The notes beneath the pieces are model-generated. The model ran no database searches. It saw nothing but the letters and a program-made list of their open reading frames with translations, and was not told the DNA's origin. This document shows positions 43,701 through 59,199 of a stretch of 64,000 nt of DNA, one piece after another (the first letter of the stretch is position 1; each line of letters begins with the position of its first letter). A program made the position numbers and the translations under genes. The stretch covers positions 234,711 through 298,710 of the forward strand of contig NW_005434660.1 of the NCBI RefSeq assembly GCF_000315625.1, read 5' to 3'. The DNA comes from Guillardia theta CCMP2712. Taxonomy: Eukaryota > Protista > Cryptophyta.

Positions 43701-46700
43701 ACTGGTTGACCTGTTACAACTCCAGCTTGTATTGGAACAAACTCGACAAGAGCGGCAAGTGCGGCAGTGCAGATATCGTCTACCTCGGCTTACATCACTG
43801 GAGCTCGGCATCGGGCCTAGTCCAGATCTTCGGGCCGGGGAAGCAGGAGGAAGTTTGCATGCTGCGAGCTTCAGTGGAGCAGTCTTTCCCCCCGTTGTCT
43901 GATCCCTCTTTCCGTCCTGAGAGCCCGTCCCAGGAGCACTGGAGCTGGCGACTGCAGCATATCGTCCTCGCCCTCAAGCACCTCAAGCACCTGCAACAAG
44001 ACCACACCCTCCACTTCCGCGCGCACAAGTGCTGCTTCACGGGGGAGGAGCTGCTGACGGCTCTCGTCACTCAGAGGCAGGCGCAAGGGAGGGAGCAAGC
44101 ACTGCTGCTCGCGAACTTGCTCGTGCGGGAGGGATACATCAACAACATCCTCGACGAGCGCGAGTTTGAGCCTCCCAGCCTCTTCCGCTTTGCGAGTGAC
44201 CGCGCGGCGTCTGACCAGATGGCAGGAGGAGGAGTAGGAGGAAGAGGACCAGGAGGAGGTGACGAGAGGAGAGGCATATTCGTTGCTCGAGTGCAAGTGG
44301 GTGACTTGTCTTCGGAGCTGAGCTGGACCTTTGCTGAGGATATCATAAGGGCGTCAAAGCTAGCATCCAAAGTGCCTAGCAGGTTCAAGTCTGCGCAGAA
44401 AATCAAGTCACACGAAACGTTGCTGCTGTCAAGAGAGGATGCAATGTCGGCTTGCAAGCTCCTCAACAGCTTGGAGTTCGATGGCCATATCGGACGGTTT
44501 CAGCTTTCGCTTCCTACAGCTCCTGCTCAGCCTCAGCAGGATGGGAAGGGCGGAGAGCTCGTCCTTACTGTCAGCTCGGTCTCGTTCAGCAAGACCTCGT
44601 TCCTGAGCGAGCTGTCGGCGGTTGCAGGGCATGAAATTGAAGGAGAGACTCGGCTCGACACTCGCTCCCTCCCTCTTCCTGTCAGCACGAAGCAAAACAT
44701 TCAGAGTAAGATCTCCTCGTTCTCCAAGTACATCAACGCGCATGAGGGGAAAACTTCCTCGTCAGGAGGTCGAGACTCGATGTTAACTGCGGCCCAGCAT
44801 GTAACCTGCATGAACCGCAAGATGTCGTTTGCAATCACTGGCATCTCGATCAAGAACGAAGTCTCCCCTGATTCTTGTCATCCGATCCTCCAAGACTTCG
44901 ACGTTAGTGTGGGATTGAACGCGCAGTGCAAAGTGAAGGAGGGGAGTGACCAAAGTCCTGGGGTGCTGTACGACGGCTCCGTCAAACTCTCGACGTTGAG
45001 CGTCAAGTGCGACGAGGAGCTTTTCGTGTTGCTGGACTCTATTGCTGACCGTGTGAATGCTCTTATCCCAGACCGCACAGAGGTGCAAGGCATCCCGTCT
45101 AGTGTGCCGCAGCTGCCGGAAAGAAACGTTGAGTTCATATCAGACGTATTTGACTGTCTTTTGGGAGACTACCAACTTGACGTCTTGTTGAATGGTATCG
45201 ACCTGCAGTTGTCCGTCAACGTGTTGTCTAGCCTTCGTTTTGTTATGAGCCGGATGACTTTCTCTTCAAGGATTGCAACAAAGTTTGCGTCGCAAACGAG
45301 CAGATCAGACGGAAAGTCGCTGGAAGGATTATCTTGCATGATGTCTGCTTTCTTCGCAGATTTCTTGCAGAGCGCTTCTGCTGAGCTGCTTCTGCAGGGA
45401 TCGAGCCTGTACGTTGATGACGTGGCAATCTTCGACGTATCGCAAGACCTCAGGAGGGTGAAAACTGAGAGCTTCGAGATCACAGGGGAGAGCGTAGAGA
45501 ACAAGTTGGGAGTTGTGCTGAGATGTGCGAACGCTCCGAAGAGGAGTTGTGAGCTTGCGATCTATGGAGGGATCTTGAACGTGATGTATGATGAGAAGAG
45601 CTTGATCACCCTGAATGATTACAAGAAATTCTTTCAAGATTTCAACGGCAAGCTTGTCAAGATCGCCAGCCCGTTGGAACCGCAGAATCTCGCTGTCCCA
45701 TCCCAGCATGATTCGGAGAGACAGGATGAGCAAGGGAAGCTGCAGGTCGACTTGCAGGCAGTAAAGGAGAAGCTGTTGCAATGCGATCTGGAGCTGAGCC
45801 TGAAGAGCTCTACTGTCATCGTCATCATCAGAGGTCAATCTTACGACGGCGCACAGGACCTCAAGGTAGCTGTCTCTTCCTCCCTCTCCTCCAGCTTCAA
45901 GCACAAGGAGGAGCTCATCGTTACTTGTGCCCGTCTGCGAGATGTTTCCGTGGGTTGGACAAGGTCGAGAGAGGAGGACTTGTCTCTGCCCTACACCTTC
46001 TTCGACCTCCCTGACCTCGACATTCTTCTCCGTGTCCTCTTGCCCTCCTTCACGGCCGACCTGGAGGCTCAGGTGCCATCGCCCATGGTGGTCAGGGCTT
46101 CCATGGTAGATGCCCTCCTCCTCCTCGGGATACTGCAACAGATGAATCAGACACTGGTGAAGATCGTAGGAGGAGAAACGACAGACGCAGCACGCGAGCT
46201 GACCACAATGGTCAAGCAGAAAGCGGAAGGAGAGCACAAGGTGCCCGAGGAGGCGATCATGATGACGAGAGCCGTTCGAAGTTTCTCATTCCGGGCTGAA
46301 TCAATTCGGGTGATGACGGCAGATTGTCGGAGAGGAGGGAGCATGGGCTTCCTGCGCCTGCCGTTGATCGAGCTCAAGCTTGACTCGCTGGTGGTTGCCG
46401 GGGTAGATGTCAACAGCGATCACCCGTGTGCCAAGTTTGCCTGCAGCGCTTCCAGCAGCTACTTCAACCGCTCCATCTCGTGCTGGGAACCATTCCTGGA
46501 GAGGATGAGCTTTGCCCTCAGTGCGACCCTCGACCTGACCCTCGAGTCCGTCATCCAGGGGGGTGCGGGAGGTATCAAGGTCGACTTCATTTCCTCTGAC
46601 GTCACCAACATCAACTTGTCCTCCGCGTTCGTCGACGTTGTCTCCGGCATCGTCAAGCATGCCAGCAGCCTTCAGAAGCAGGATGTGCTCAGGGAAAGGC

Positions 46701-49700
46701 AGGAGTTCCACCCCCTATGGGTCCAGAACGAGATCGGGATGCCCATCGTCCTCCAGTGCAAGGGAGTCCGCCAGGTGGTCGACGGGAAGGAGCGCCAGCC
46801 GGTCTCTTGCGTGCCGCTGGTGCAAACTAGCGGGCTGATGGACGGGCTTCCTGTGCTGGGGATGAACCAGATGGAAATCTTCCTCCTCCCCGACCTGACA
46901 GAGAAGAGTATCGAGCAGCACGATCTCAACCCCCAGGTTGTCCACCTCGACGTCATCGGCAAGCAGGTGAGACGATCATGTGAGGAAGTGAAGGAGTTTG
47001 CTGGGTTGAGATTGAGTTGTTCCTGTGCGTTCTTCCTTGTGATCTTGCTTCCCCTCCACTGTTGAACAGTCTTGCTCTACCTCCCTCCCACAACAGTTCT
47101 GTCTCTGACCCCATCCTCTGTTCAGGTGGTAACAGTCGTTGTTCCCATCCTCCAAGAGCTCGGGATTGTCACTTTCCAGAACGTTAAGATTCTCATCGAC
47201 ATATCTGTCCAGGACGAGGGAGCGAGCAAGCTGATCCTCATTCGCTCTCCTCTCTCGATCAAGAACCATCTCAGCGCTCCCTTCGAAATCATGTTCGCAG
47301 AGCAGACTTCAGTCCAGGGCCCCACCATCGCTGGGAGGACGAGGTACACGATCCCTGCCGGAGAGAGCATGGTGGTCCCGGTGCTCTACATCGACAACAA
47401 GGACGGGTTCTCTCTCCGCCCGCTGCCCTCCTCCTCCTCCTCCTCCTCAAGCGCCATCACCAGCAACAAGATGCAGCATCCAGGCTACCGGTGGGTCACG
47501 GGAGAGTCTCTCCTAGCGTCGGAGTGGAGCACCAGGCACGAGCTCAAGACATTCAAGGGACTTGGGCTGCACGGGCTGCCTCTCAACGTCCTCCTCCACT
47601 GGGACTGCGACTCCCTCCGCCGCTCCTGCCATCTCTCCATCCTCCCCTGCCTCAGCATCGAGAACCTGCTCCCCGTCCCGCTCTTTTGCCGCATCACTAC
47701 CACCACCACCGCTGAACCTCCTTCTCCCCGCGAGTTCTCTGGCTCCCTGTGGGCTGTGGAGATCGAGGCTGGGGAGAGTCTTCCTGTCCTCGACCGCGAC
47801 CTCTCCCGCGGCAACTTCCTCTGGCTCTCCGTGAAGGTTGACGAGCTAGGCTGGAGCTCTCACCTCCTCCTCCGTGAGAGCGGCGACTCGGACGAGCTGT
47901 CGGTGCTGGACGGGTGGAGCACACAAGCCTGGGTCTTGTCGCAGAAGAGGAAGCAGAGGCTGAGCAGCACTGGGGAGCAGGGGAGGGCTCTCGACCTCGA
48001 AGCTGACATCATGCTGGATGCTGCAGGCACCTGCTGTGTTCTCGTCTACTCGGCCTACTGGATTGTCAACCGCACAAACTCGCGGGCTCAGATCACTCAG
48101 GACGACGCGGAGGAGCTGATGCGCCCGCCGGTCATCCTGGATGGTTTCCCCCTCCAGCACGTGGAAGACCCTTCCCTGCTGCAGCTCCGCTCGGGCAAGC
48201 GCGAGGAAGAGGCTGGAACCCAAGACTTGCTGCTGCCCATCCCCAACCTTGTGATGAAGAGCGGAGAGCGAGGGGAGGGAGAGGGGAGGCAGTCGAGTAA
48301 GCTGAGTTCGGCAATCCCTCAGGGTCTCGCGTGGCTCGCAGAGATGGAGAGGGAGGAGAGCGCAGAATGGATGGTGCCGGGGCGTGTCGATGGAGGAGCC
48401 CTCCCCAACCTTCAGCTCTTCTCCTGCTCTGAGATGAACGCCGGAGGTCGCGTGGGGCTCAGGATGCGGTTGGATTGCACTGACTGGTCGGATCCCTTCA
48501 CCATGACGGGATCGTCCACCATGGACACGGGCAAGGTCGAGCTGCGGCTGAAGCGGTCAGGGTTCGCGCGGCAGAGCAGGAGGATGGAGGTCGGGGTAGC
48601 AATTCAACCCGTGCGGGGGAAGTTCCATAGGAGCAAGTGCATCACTATAACCCCCCGCTATGTGATCGTGAATGAGACCAACTTTCCCCTCCAGGCCCGC
48701 CAGGAAGGAACTGCCAGCTCCCTCACCATCCCTTGCGGGCCCTCTCATAACTGCGTCGTGTGGCACTGGACTGACCCCAGGAAGCGGCACAACGTGCGAC
48801 TGGCGTTGGAGCCTGAGAAGTCATCGAGAGCGTCATGGCACGATCGTTGGAGTGGAGCCTTCAGCATAGACGAGGTAAATTTCCCTCCTCCCTCCTCCCT
48901 CCTCCCTCCTCCCTCCTCCCTCCTCCCTCCTCCCTCCTCCCTCCTCCCTCCTCCCTCCTCCCTCATCTAGCCCTCTTCCTTCCTCCCTCCTCCCTCCTCG
49001 TACGTCTCTCCTTTCACCTCCCTATTCTTGTCTCCTTGCCCAAGTTCCCTCTCCTTCCTCCTCATTCCTCCTCCTGCCTCTAGCAGTCTTTTCCATCGCT
49101 CCTGATCAGCAAGTGACCGGAAGGTGCAGGTGGGAGACACCGTGATCATGATGGAGTCGGAGGAGAGCCCGGGCCCCGTCTACGCTGACGTCCGTGTTCG
49201 GCGCTTCCTCGGGAGCATGGCGATCATTGTCAAGCCCAGCCAGACGAACCAGCCGCCCTACTGGATCGAGAACTTCTCTGCCTCCACCCTGAGGGTCTAC
49301 CAGGAGGGGGTAGGGAGGCGACTGGTCTACATCCGCCCCTACCAAGGCGTTCCTTACACGTGGGAGTCTGCCATGTCGTCGAAGCAGCTGCTGGTGGTGG
49401 AGGTGGAGGGGTCCTCTCCCCTCCTCTCAGGTCGATTCGAGCTCGACAGCATCGGGGAGCACAAGCCCATGCTCAACAGCCGAGGAGACGTCCTCTACCG
49501 CGTGTTCGTCCGCTGCCATGGCCCCACCCTCACGCTGTCAGTCACAGATGCCTTGCTCCACCCCTCCGACTCGCAGGTCTCGCTCAAGACCGACATGCAG
49601 TACCTCTCCGCCGCCCACAAGACCATCCCAAGTGCTCTGCAGACAGCTGCACTTCCTTCACGTTGGCAGTTCGAGATGAGCCTGGAGGTGCAAGCGAGCA

Positions 49701-52700
49701 GAGGGGGAGGGAGAGAGAGAGGGAGGGAGGGGAAGGGAGGGGGAACAGGAAGGGAGGGGTGGGATGGGGTCTGAATGCGCAACAGATGATGGGGGTTGGG
49801 ATCTCCTTGATCGATTCTCGAAGCCCTCGGGAAATCCTCTACGTCTGGCTGGGCTGCAATCCTCGTAAGTCAGAGCTCCTGCCCCTCCTCGTCATCCTCA
49901 TCCTCCTCCTCCTCATCCTTATCCTCCTCCTCCTCCTCCTCTTCATCCTCCTTCACTACCACCACCTTTTATACCTTTGCCTGTCAGGGTTTGCGTTCTC
50001 AGGAGAGGTCGAAGACGTTGCCTCCGAGCACAAGAAAGGATTGTCACTTTCAGTCTGGCGAACCCTGTTCGAGGAAGGCATACGGGTCCTCTTGGCTCCC
50101 TCGTGCACCCCTCCCTTGACGCTTGCCCGGCAGATCTCCTTGAAGTGCGTGCAGGTTGACAACCTGGAGCAGTCCGCGAGCTACCCTGTGGTCGTTCGTT
50201 TCACCGGGAGAGACCAGGAGGAGGAGCTGGAGGAGAGAACCCGCGACTCGCAAGGCTCCATGCGGATCACCATCTCTCGCAACTCCTTCCTTGGAGGAAC
50301 TGTCAAGGTCTCTTGCTCCCTCCCCTCCCTTCCCCTAAAATTTCTTGCATATTAGCATCAATCTTTTTCTTCCCCTCCCTCCTCCCCTAGCTCCTCTACC
50401 TTACCTTGGCTGTCATGTTCAGACCTTGTCCATCAGTCCTCTTGTCATCATCTCTGCGTTACCTCTTGCTCCACCCTTTGCCCTTCTTCCATCCTTCCTA
50501 CCTCCTTCACCTTTTCCTTCCCTCCCTTGTCGTCTCGTGGAGGTAGCTGTCTCACAGGGGCTCGCAGGTTTTCAGAAGGCTGGAGATGTTTTGCCGCGAG
50601 CTCGACGTCGCTTTCGACGAGGGGCTGGTCCTCGACCTCCTCCATCTCTGTGACGATGTTGGAGCAAGCTTGTCCTCCGCATCCCGACAGGCGAGCCAGA
50701 TACCCTCCGCTACCCTCTGCTGCTCTCCTCTCCTCTCCTCTCCTCTCCTCTCCTCTCCTCTCCTCTCCTCCCCTCCCCTCCCCTTTCCTCACCTCTCCTC
50801 TCCTCTCCTCTCCTCTCCTTGTTCATTCTCAAGTTCGTTCTCTTTTCGTTGTGTTTCCTCTTGAGTTTTCCTCTCTTCATCTCCTTTCTTCTCCTCTCCT
50901 CCTCTGACAATTTCATTAGATTAAAGAGCTGCTAAGCACCAAAGACCAGCAGGACGAGGAGCTGGTCCGGAACCTGGTGAGGACACAGACTGCCATCGCT
51001 CACTCTGATCTGCTCGACTCCAGCTGCAGGGCAACTCAGACCTGTCGGAGGCGATCAAGGGAAGTTCGATATCGAGCTTGTTCTCGAGCAAGGCGAGTTC
51101 CTTGTGGGCAGGAAAAGAGGAGGATGGGGAAGGGAAAGGGTGAGGGAGGGCGCGGCAGTGAAGGGGAGGAAGAGGGAAAGGGAGGAGTGGGGATGGAGTG
51201 GGGATGGCAGGGAGCAGAGTAGAGAGCTGTAGGAGAAGGACGAAGAGGAGGACGAGGGGAGCGTTAACGACGCCATTCAGATCTACGTACACGACCTCCG
51301 GATCTACCCTCTCATGCTCAACATCAGCTACACCCCAGCTGTGACGACCTTCGATTTCACCTCCCTCCGCTCCCTCCAGCACCTCCTGGCTTCCTCCCGC
51401 TTCTTCTTCCACAAGGTTGGAACCCTCAGTGAAGGGAGGAGGGAGGGGGAAAGGGGACGTGACGGGGAGAGCAGGTCGAGGATGTGCCCTTTTACCTTGG
51501 CGAGCTGCGAATGAGCCACTCGTTCGGAGCCGGGTCGACGATAGCCAACAGGATCAGAGATCACTACCTGCAGCAGGTCTGCATCCTCGTGGCGCCAGCT
51601 CCGCCTCCTCCTCCTCCTCCTCCTCCTCCGCCTCCTCCTCCTCCCTCCTCTCCTGCTCGTCCACCTTCAGATTCGTTTCCTCTGCTATCCCTCTCCTATC
51701 GCCTTCCTCGTCCTCGTCCCTCTCCAATCGCCTTCCTCGTCCTCGTCGCGCCCTGCTTCTCCTTTGTTTCGTCCCCGCCTCCATCCCTTTACCAGTCCAT
51801 CCTCCTCTCCCCTTCCTCCTCCTCCCTTCCTGACCTCCTCTGAGTGAACGCTCCAGATCCTTCTCGTGATCTCGAGGGTCGTTGGCTCCACCAATGTGCT
51901 CGGGAATCCTCTCGGGCTCGTCAACGCGCTCAGCAGCGGAGTCGTTGATCTCTTCAAGCAGCCCGCCAAGGAGCTTCAGGCACCTCAACTGCTCCCCTCC
52001 ACCCCACTGTTCTCCTCTACTCTCTCCCCTCCCTCCTTCTTCTCCTCGTCGCTCTGATCTTTCTACCTCTGCCTGCTCTGACCATATCGTCGGCAGTCGG
52101 GAAGGTCCAAGAGGGCGGGAGGAGGATCATACTTGCACGTCGGTATCGACCTGATGAGAGGCCTGATGCGAGGAGGAGGGAGTCTCGTATGGCATTCCGT
52201 TCAGGTCTCCTCCTCCGCCCTCCCTCCTCCGTCTCTCGTTGGTTCCTCCTCTCGCCTCCTCTCAGACTGAGCGGCTCCTCCTCCCCCTGCTTCCAGCCTT
52301 CATCGCCCTTGACTCTCTGAGTAGGGATGGTGCAATACGATATCAAAGGCAACAGGGAGCGGAGCAAGAGCACTGGCATACCTCAGTATGGACGAGGTGA
52401 TCCATGATCCCCTCCTCCTCTCTGCTCCTCCTGCTCCTCCTGCTCCCTCTCTGTTCCTCCTAGGATCCTTGGTCACCACTCACACGGGATCGTCTCGCAA
52501 GGCGTTTGCTGCAGAGATCTCCAAGGCATGGGAAGAGCGGGATGAGCCGAATCTGATCGGCTTCCTCCCCGGACTCATCATCGGCTTCAGCAGCCTCGCT
52601 CGCCTGCCCGCCATTGGGTGGCAGACTGCCTGGAACGACCCCGTGAAAGTTCCCTGGGCCCTCGTCCGGATTTCCCCCGACAGCAGAATCACAGCAGTGA

Positions 52701-54228
52701 GTTGAAGCTTGCTCCTGCTCCTGCTCCCTCTCCTTCCGCTGCTGCTCCTGCTCCTTCCGCTGCTGCTCTTCCTGCTGCTTCCCCTCCCCCTCCCCTTCCC
52801 CTCCTCCTCCCCTCTTCTCCTCTCACGTCGCTTGCAGACCCACAGATTCTCTGCTGCGATCCCCGGCCTCCTCGACGGAGTCTTGAAAGCTCTCGCAGCT
52901 CTGGTACCTCACTCGCTCGTCTCCCCCTCCCTCCGCTTCTTGCTTTCATTCGAATGCAATCAGCTCCTCGACTCACATACCTCCTGTCCTCCTTGCCTGG
53001 GGATTCATCCATCCACCCTCCCAACTTCACTCGCTCCTCCCGTTTGTCCTCTTCCTCCTCTTCCTGTTTGTTTTCTCTCCCTCTTTCTGACGCCTCCTCT
53101 CCCCTCCACATCCCCGTTCTTTCCTCGTTGACCCTCCTCGCCAGGTCGCCAAACCCTTTGCGGGTCTTCTTGACGTGATCTCCACCATGTGCAATCAGAT
53201 CATCTCCGCTGGCTCTTTCTCCTCTTCCGAGCGATGGAAGCAAGTTCGTCCTGCTCGCTCCTTCGGCTCCTCCAAGGCCCTCAAGCCGCTCGTCTACCAG
53301 CAGTCTCACGCCATCCAGGTCCCTTCCTCTCTCCCTCTCCCTCTCCCTCTCCCTCCCCCTCTCCCCGCCTTCATCTTCCTCCCGGCCTTGACTGCGATCG
53401 CGGCAGGTCCTGATGAAGATCGATGGCGGCAAGTACTCCATGGGAGGAGCGATCGACGTCTTCGACCTCGCAGCTGGAGGGCAGCTCATCATTACCCCCC
53501 TTTACCTCGTCTGTGTTCATCCGAGGAGCCCCAAGCACGCGCTGTGGTCGCTTCCAATGCGGGAGATTCTCTTTGCGGAGATTGCAACCCCGTGAGCTGA
53601 GGACAGGGGGGGGAGGAGAGGGTGTGACGCGAGGATGCAGGGAGGACGAGAAGAACCTGCGGGACTTTGTGGAGGAAGAAGTTTATGGTGAGAGAGGAGG
53701 AGGAGGAGGAGGAGGAGGAGGAGGAGGAGGGAGCAACGAGGAGGGATGAAGGTGCTGGTGCAGATCGGAACGTGTGGGTGATCCTCTCCTGCTGCTCCTC
53801 CTCTCAAGCCGCAGAGGAAGCGAGTAGACGTGCCTCTATCATCTCCTCAGGCTCCGGCCCCATCAACAAGGTCAATTCCCGTCTTATACCTCTGCAGCAT
53901 TTCTCGTGCTCTGCCCTCCTTGTCCCCCCCATCTCTCCTCCTCCTCCCCTCCTCCTTTTCCCGCTCTCTCCCCCCTCTACCCCCCTGTTCCTAACCTTCA
54001 TCTCCCTCTCCCACAGTGTCTCTCTCTCTCTCCTCCTCCTCCATCCCCTCGTGAATCAACTCACGCTTCCCGCTAGAAAACCGGAGCATTCCGGTCGTAC
54101 ATCGTTCAGTTCACATCCGAGCGATCAGCTCAAAGACTTCAGGTGATGACTTAGACGATGACTCTGGCTAACGCGCTCACCTGCAGAGAGTCCTTCATGA
54201 CATGTTCGAGTTGCACTCCAGCAGGTAG
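37711..54228 (+). CDS. VPS13: VPS13-family bridge-like lipid transfer protein, many exons, with an internal DEP domain; 3' end approximate
   Basis: Chorein-N MFESFVANLL..FVKNI..EQLRVGVWQGEVVLDDLEL; SYFNRSISCWEPFLE; VAB-type ITPRYVIVNET, WSGAFSID, PPYWIENFS; GVGISLID, QVDN; GSTNVLGNPLGLVNALSSGVVDLF. Confidence 0.92.
50723..50820. repeat. (TCTCC)n intronic microsatellite in VPS13
   Basis: Seen directly. Confidence 0.85.
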
Positions 54229-54232
54229 GAAA

Positions 54233-54291
54233 GATGTGATGTGATGTGATGTGATGTGATGTGATGTGATGTGATGTGATGTGATGTGATG
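54233..54291. repeat. (GATGT)n pentanucleotide microsatellite
   Basis: About 12 units between the convergent ends of VPS13 and DIM1. Confidence 0.95.
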
Positions 54292-54566
54292 TGGTTTGAA
54301 GATGGTGATATTCACATTGTTTCCAACTCATCAACTTGTCCCAGGATTGCGTTCAAGATATGAATTGAAGAGCATATCGCCTCAGGGTTACTTCCTTTCT
54401 TTATTCCAGCAAACTGTATTTTACACAAAATTCGATCGCAAACTCAACATGATCTCTCGAAAGACATCACAACTATACATCATTCACTCTCATGATTCCT
54501 TCATCTTCCCCATTTTCACGTACAACTGGATCATGCTGAAGCTTAAACTGTCCAGAAAACAAACAA

Positions 54567-55938
<1,372 letters not shown>

Positions 55939-56129
55939 TCAGAAGTGAACAAGACAGCATTCCTCGTTTCGTCGCCTCAATGGTTCATCGTACAATGACC
56001 TTCATGTCCACAGCTCGTTTTAATTCTAGATTCTGATGCTCTCTTTCCCATCTGCCCGTTCTCTTCCCTCCCTCCCTCCCTCCCTCCCTCCCCCCATCCC
56101 TCCGTCTCTCTCACTCTTGCCCTCTGGTC

Positions 56130-56229
56130 NNNNNNNNNNNNNNNNNNNNNNNNNNNNNNNNNNNNNNNNNNNNNNNNNNNNNNNNNNNNNNNNNNNNNNN
56201 NNNNNNNNNNNNNNNNNNNNNNNNNNNNN
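56130..56229. other. Assembly gap (100 N)
   Basis: Run of N flanked by CT-rich low-complexity sequence. Confidence 0.99.
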
Positions 56230-56874
56230 ACTCACGCTCATGCTCACCTTCCTCTCCCTCCACCTTCCGCATTTATCTCTTCACCACGCTCTCCGACGTT
56301 GCTCGCACCCTCTCACCCCCCCTCTCCTCCCTCCCTCCCACCTCCTCCCCCCCCCTCCCTCTCTCCCTCCCTCCCTTCCTCCCTCTCTTCCTCCATTCCC
56401 TTGCTGCCCCCTTGCCAATGCATTTCACGTGCATTCCAATATTGTTTACTCAATAAATATCAGTCAATTTTATGACTCTGAGGTGGAAACGTAGCTGTCA
56501 GACCCGAACGTTCAAAGCGCGAGGATGGGCCGGGGGAAATGGCAGCCCTTGAGCAAGGGACGCGGGAGGCAGGGGAAGAGGAAGAGGAGGGAGGCGGGGA
56601 GGGACAAGGGGCAAGAGAGGAGCGGGAGCAGAGAGGAGATGTAAGACAGTGCCAGCAACGTCGTTCACCATGGTAGAGTGCTAACTGTTGATGATGATGC
56701 GGGAGGAAGAAGGACATCTGAGTGAGCAAGAACTTGCATTGGAGGAGAATGAATGAGGAGAGCTTCCGATCGGTTCTCCCTCGATGATTTGAATATGATG
56801 ATAGGAAGATTATTTTACATGAGCTGACTAGAAGAGATCATTGGTAACAATAATGAGGATAGCAATGACATGCG

Positions 56875-58098
56875 ATGAAAATGATAGGTTTGTCACCATC
56901 TGCATTTTCAGGTTTTAGCAACATGGAAGCTGCATGGAACGAATCCGCTGCTTCGTCTCCATCGTACAGCGCATACGTGTATGGAGACAGCTCATGGCCT
57001 GACCCTGGGTGGCCACTCACAAACCGCCCTGCTCTGCTCACTGGGATCTTTGCTGTAGCATGTGGGCAAGTTGTAGTCATCTTGTACCATTTCTTTCATC
57101 TCCGCAGCAACTGCTCTCGCATCCAGAAAGCTGTCATGCCGGAATCTTCCTTCCTCTCAGACATGATGGGGCATCTCGCGCAGCCTGAAGGATTTGTGCT
57201 CCTCTCCCTCTACTTGTCCGGCACCTGGATGTTCAGACTGATGCCCAAGTCTTACTACTCTGCCGAAGGGACGGTAAACCCAGTCCATGTGTTTGCACAG
57301 GTGATCGCCTTCCTCTTCTTCCTCTTGCTTCCCCCCCCTCCCCCTCACTCACTGACTGTCCGCAGCTGGTCATCAACGACTTCTTCCAGACGGTCATGCA
57401 TCTTGGAGTGAGCTCGTGCCGTCCTGAGCGACATGAACTGATGTGAGGCAGGAGCACAAACTTTCTCCCTGGATCTACAGGATGAGCCACAAGCCGCACC
57501 ATCGCTTTCTCAACCCCAAGGTGACGTGGCTTGCAACTGGCGCTGCAATTCTGAACTAGCTCGCCTTCAGATGTTCGATGCGTTCAATGGGTCGATCTGC
57601 GACACAATCTTCATGATTCTACTTCCCTTGTTTCTCACTGCTCAGGTAGCAACAAACGTTGACATGGATCTTACGTGCGGGTCTGACTTTGCTACTTGTC
57701 TTCTAGATCGTGCACTGCAACGTCTGGTCGTACATGGCGTTCGGAACCATCTACGCCTCCTGGCTGACGCTCCTGCACAGGTTTGAGACTCTGCTGTTTG
57801 AGTTGTCATGTGACAAGATATTGCAGCGAAGTTTCGCACCCTTGGGATCCTCTTTTCCGTAAGATCGGCTTCGGAACCGCGGGTGACCACCATGTGCACC
57901 ACAAGGTACAAGTTCACGGGGATGAAGTGTGAGTGACGAAACATTCAGTGCTTCATCTTCAACTTTGGGCATTTGTTCATGTGGTGGGATATGATGTTCG
58001 GAACGTACAAGTGAGTTTGACATGGACTGTGGCCGTGGAACTTAACAGAGACTCGCAGGTCTCCAATGTCGGTAGAGACCTTCAACAAGGACATCTGA
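56875..58098 (+). CDS. Fatty acid hydroxylase / sterol desaturase superfamily membrane protein; start uncertain
   Basis: His boxes DFFQTVMHLG|EH, SHKPHHRF, DHHVHHK, and NFGHLFMWWDMMFGTYK; TM segments. Confidence 0.85.
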
Positions 58099-58259
58099 AC
58101 TCTTTGTTGCTCAATCACTGTATATAGTAGGCGTTTCGAAAGCAAGACGTGCAATTCGTACGTTGTCCCGCTTGTAGATTTGCCAATCATGTTTTTATGA
58201 ATTCACAATCATCGTTTCCGTATTTTTCCTCAAGCTTGCTGCAGGCGTGTTGACGTCCA

Positions 58260-58825
58260 TCACTCTCTGTTGAGGAAAGGAGTCCACATGCCTTGAACGC
58301 TCGGTGTTTCCGACCTGTAGTCGCTTTAGAGGATTCTTTTCCATCGCTCTCCTCTCCCTACCTCACACGCTTCCCACTGTGTGTGATGTTCTTCCCTCCC
58401 CATTGATGTAGCAGCAGCATACAACGTTCATTGATCCACTCGGCATCTTGTTTGTGCAGACCAACTGGCTTGTTTCTCCCGTTGCGATAGAATCTGAGCA
58501 GCAACAGATCAATGCAGTGGCAATTGAATGAGAAGCTTCACCCTTCCATGCATGCTGGACGCCCTTTCTTTTGCTGATATGTTGCCGTTAGAAACGGAAT
58601 GAGAAATCAGATCTAATACCGTGACAACAAACTCTATCTGAGAGTACTTCTCCTTCAATGTTGGAACAAACTTCTCTACAAATTCGCGTGCACCACGAGA
58701 GTGATACTGGAGATTCATTATGTTTCGGAACAGAGAAAAGTTGTGTTCATAAAGAGACGTACCGAGGTGTCACAATATTGGATGGTAAGCTTGGTCAGCT
58801 GCCACAAGCCGGTTCGAGAGTTCAT
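58260..58825 (-). CDS. MRPL43: Mitochondrial ribosomal protein L43 (mL43), spliced
   Basis: GLWQLTKLTIQYC..SRGAREFVEKFVP..YSQIEF..YRNGRNKPV..TPSVQGMWTPF. Confidence 0.85.
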
Positions 58826-59199
58826 CTAGAAGATCACACGTCATGTATCAATATGATGCAGCCTATCTTCCAGATAAAACACAAACACATCCCGATCAAA
58901 CTCTGTGAGCAAACACTGCACGACTGATTCAAGGCTCTGAGAGTGGAACTCAGCTTGAGGAGAGCAGCAGAGCGTCATTGCGATCAGCCATCGGCCTAGT
59001 TCAGCCTCCTCTTCACTCTCCTCCATGGTTCAGTTCATTCCGCTCATTGTCCCCCATGATCACGTTCTAACCCTCTCCTCCGTCACAGCTTCATCGCGCA
59101 TGCTACTTTCCTCGTAGCTAATAGATGATAGCCCCATAGAGGCCCTCATCCCCACATTCATCTCAGTCAGATTCCGAAGTTCCGGCGTTCGCCGGAAAC

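Noticed and set aside
41903-47065. The 1720-aa ORF as a stand-alone gene
   Set aside because: It is an internal exon of VPS13, with chorein-N upstream and VAB/C-terminal motifs downstream
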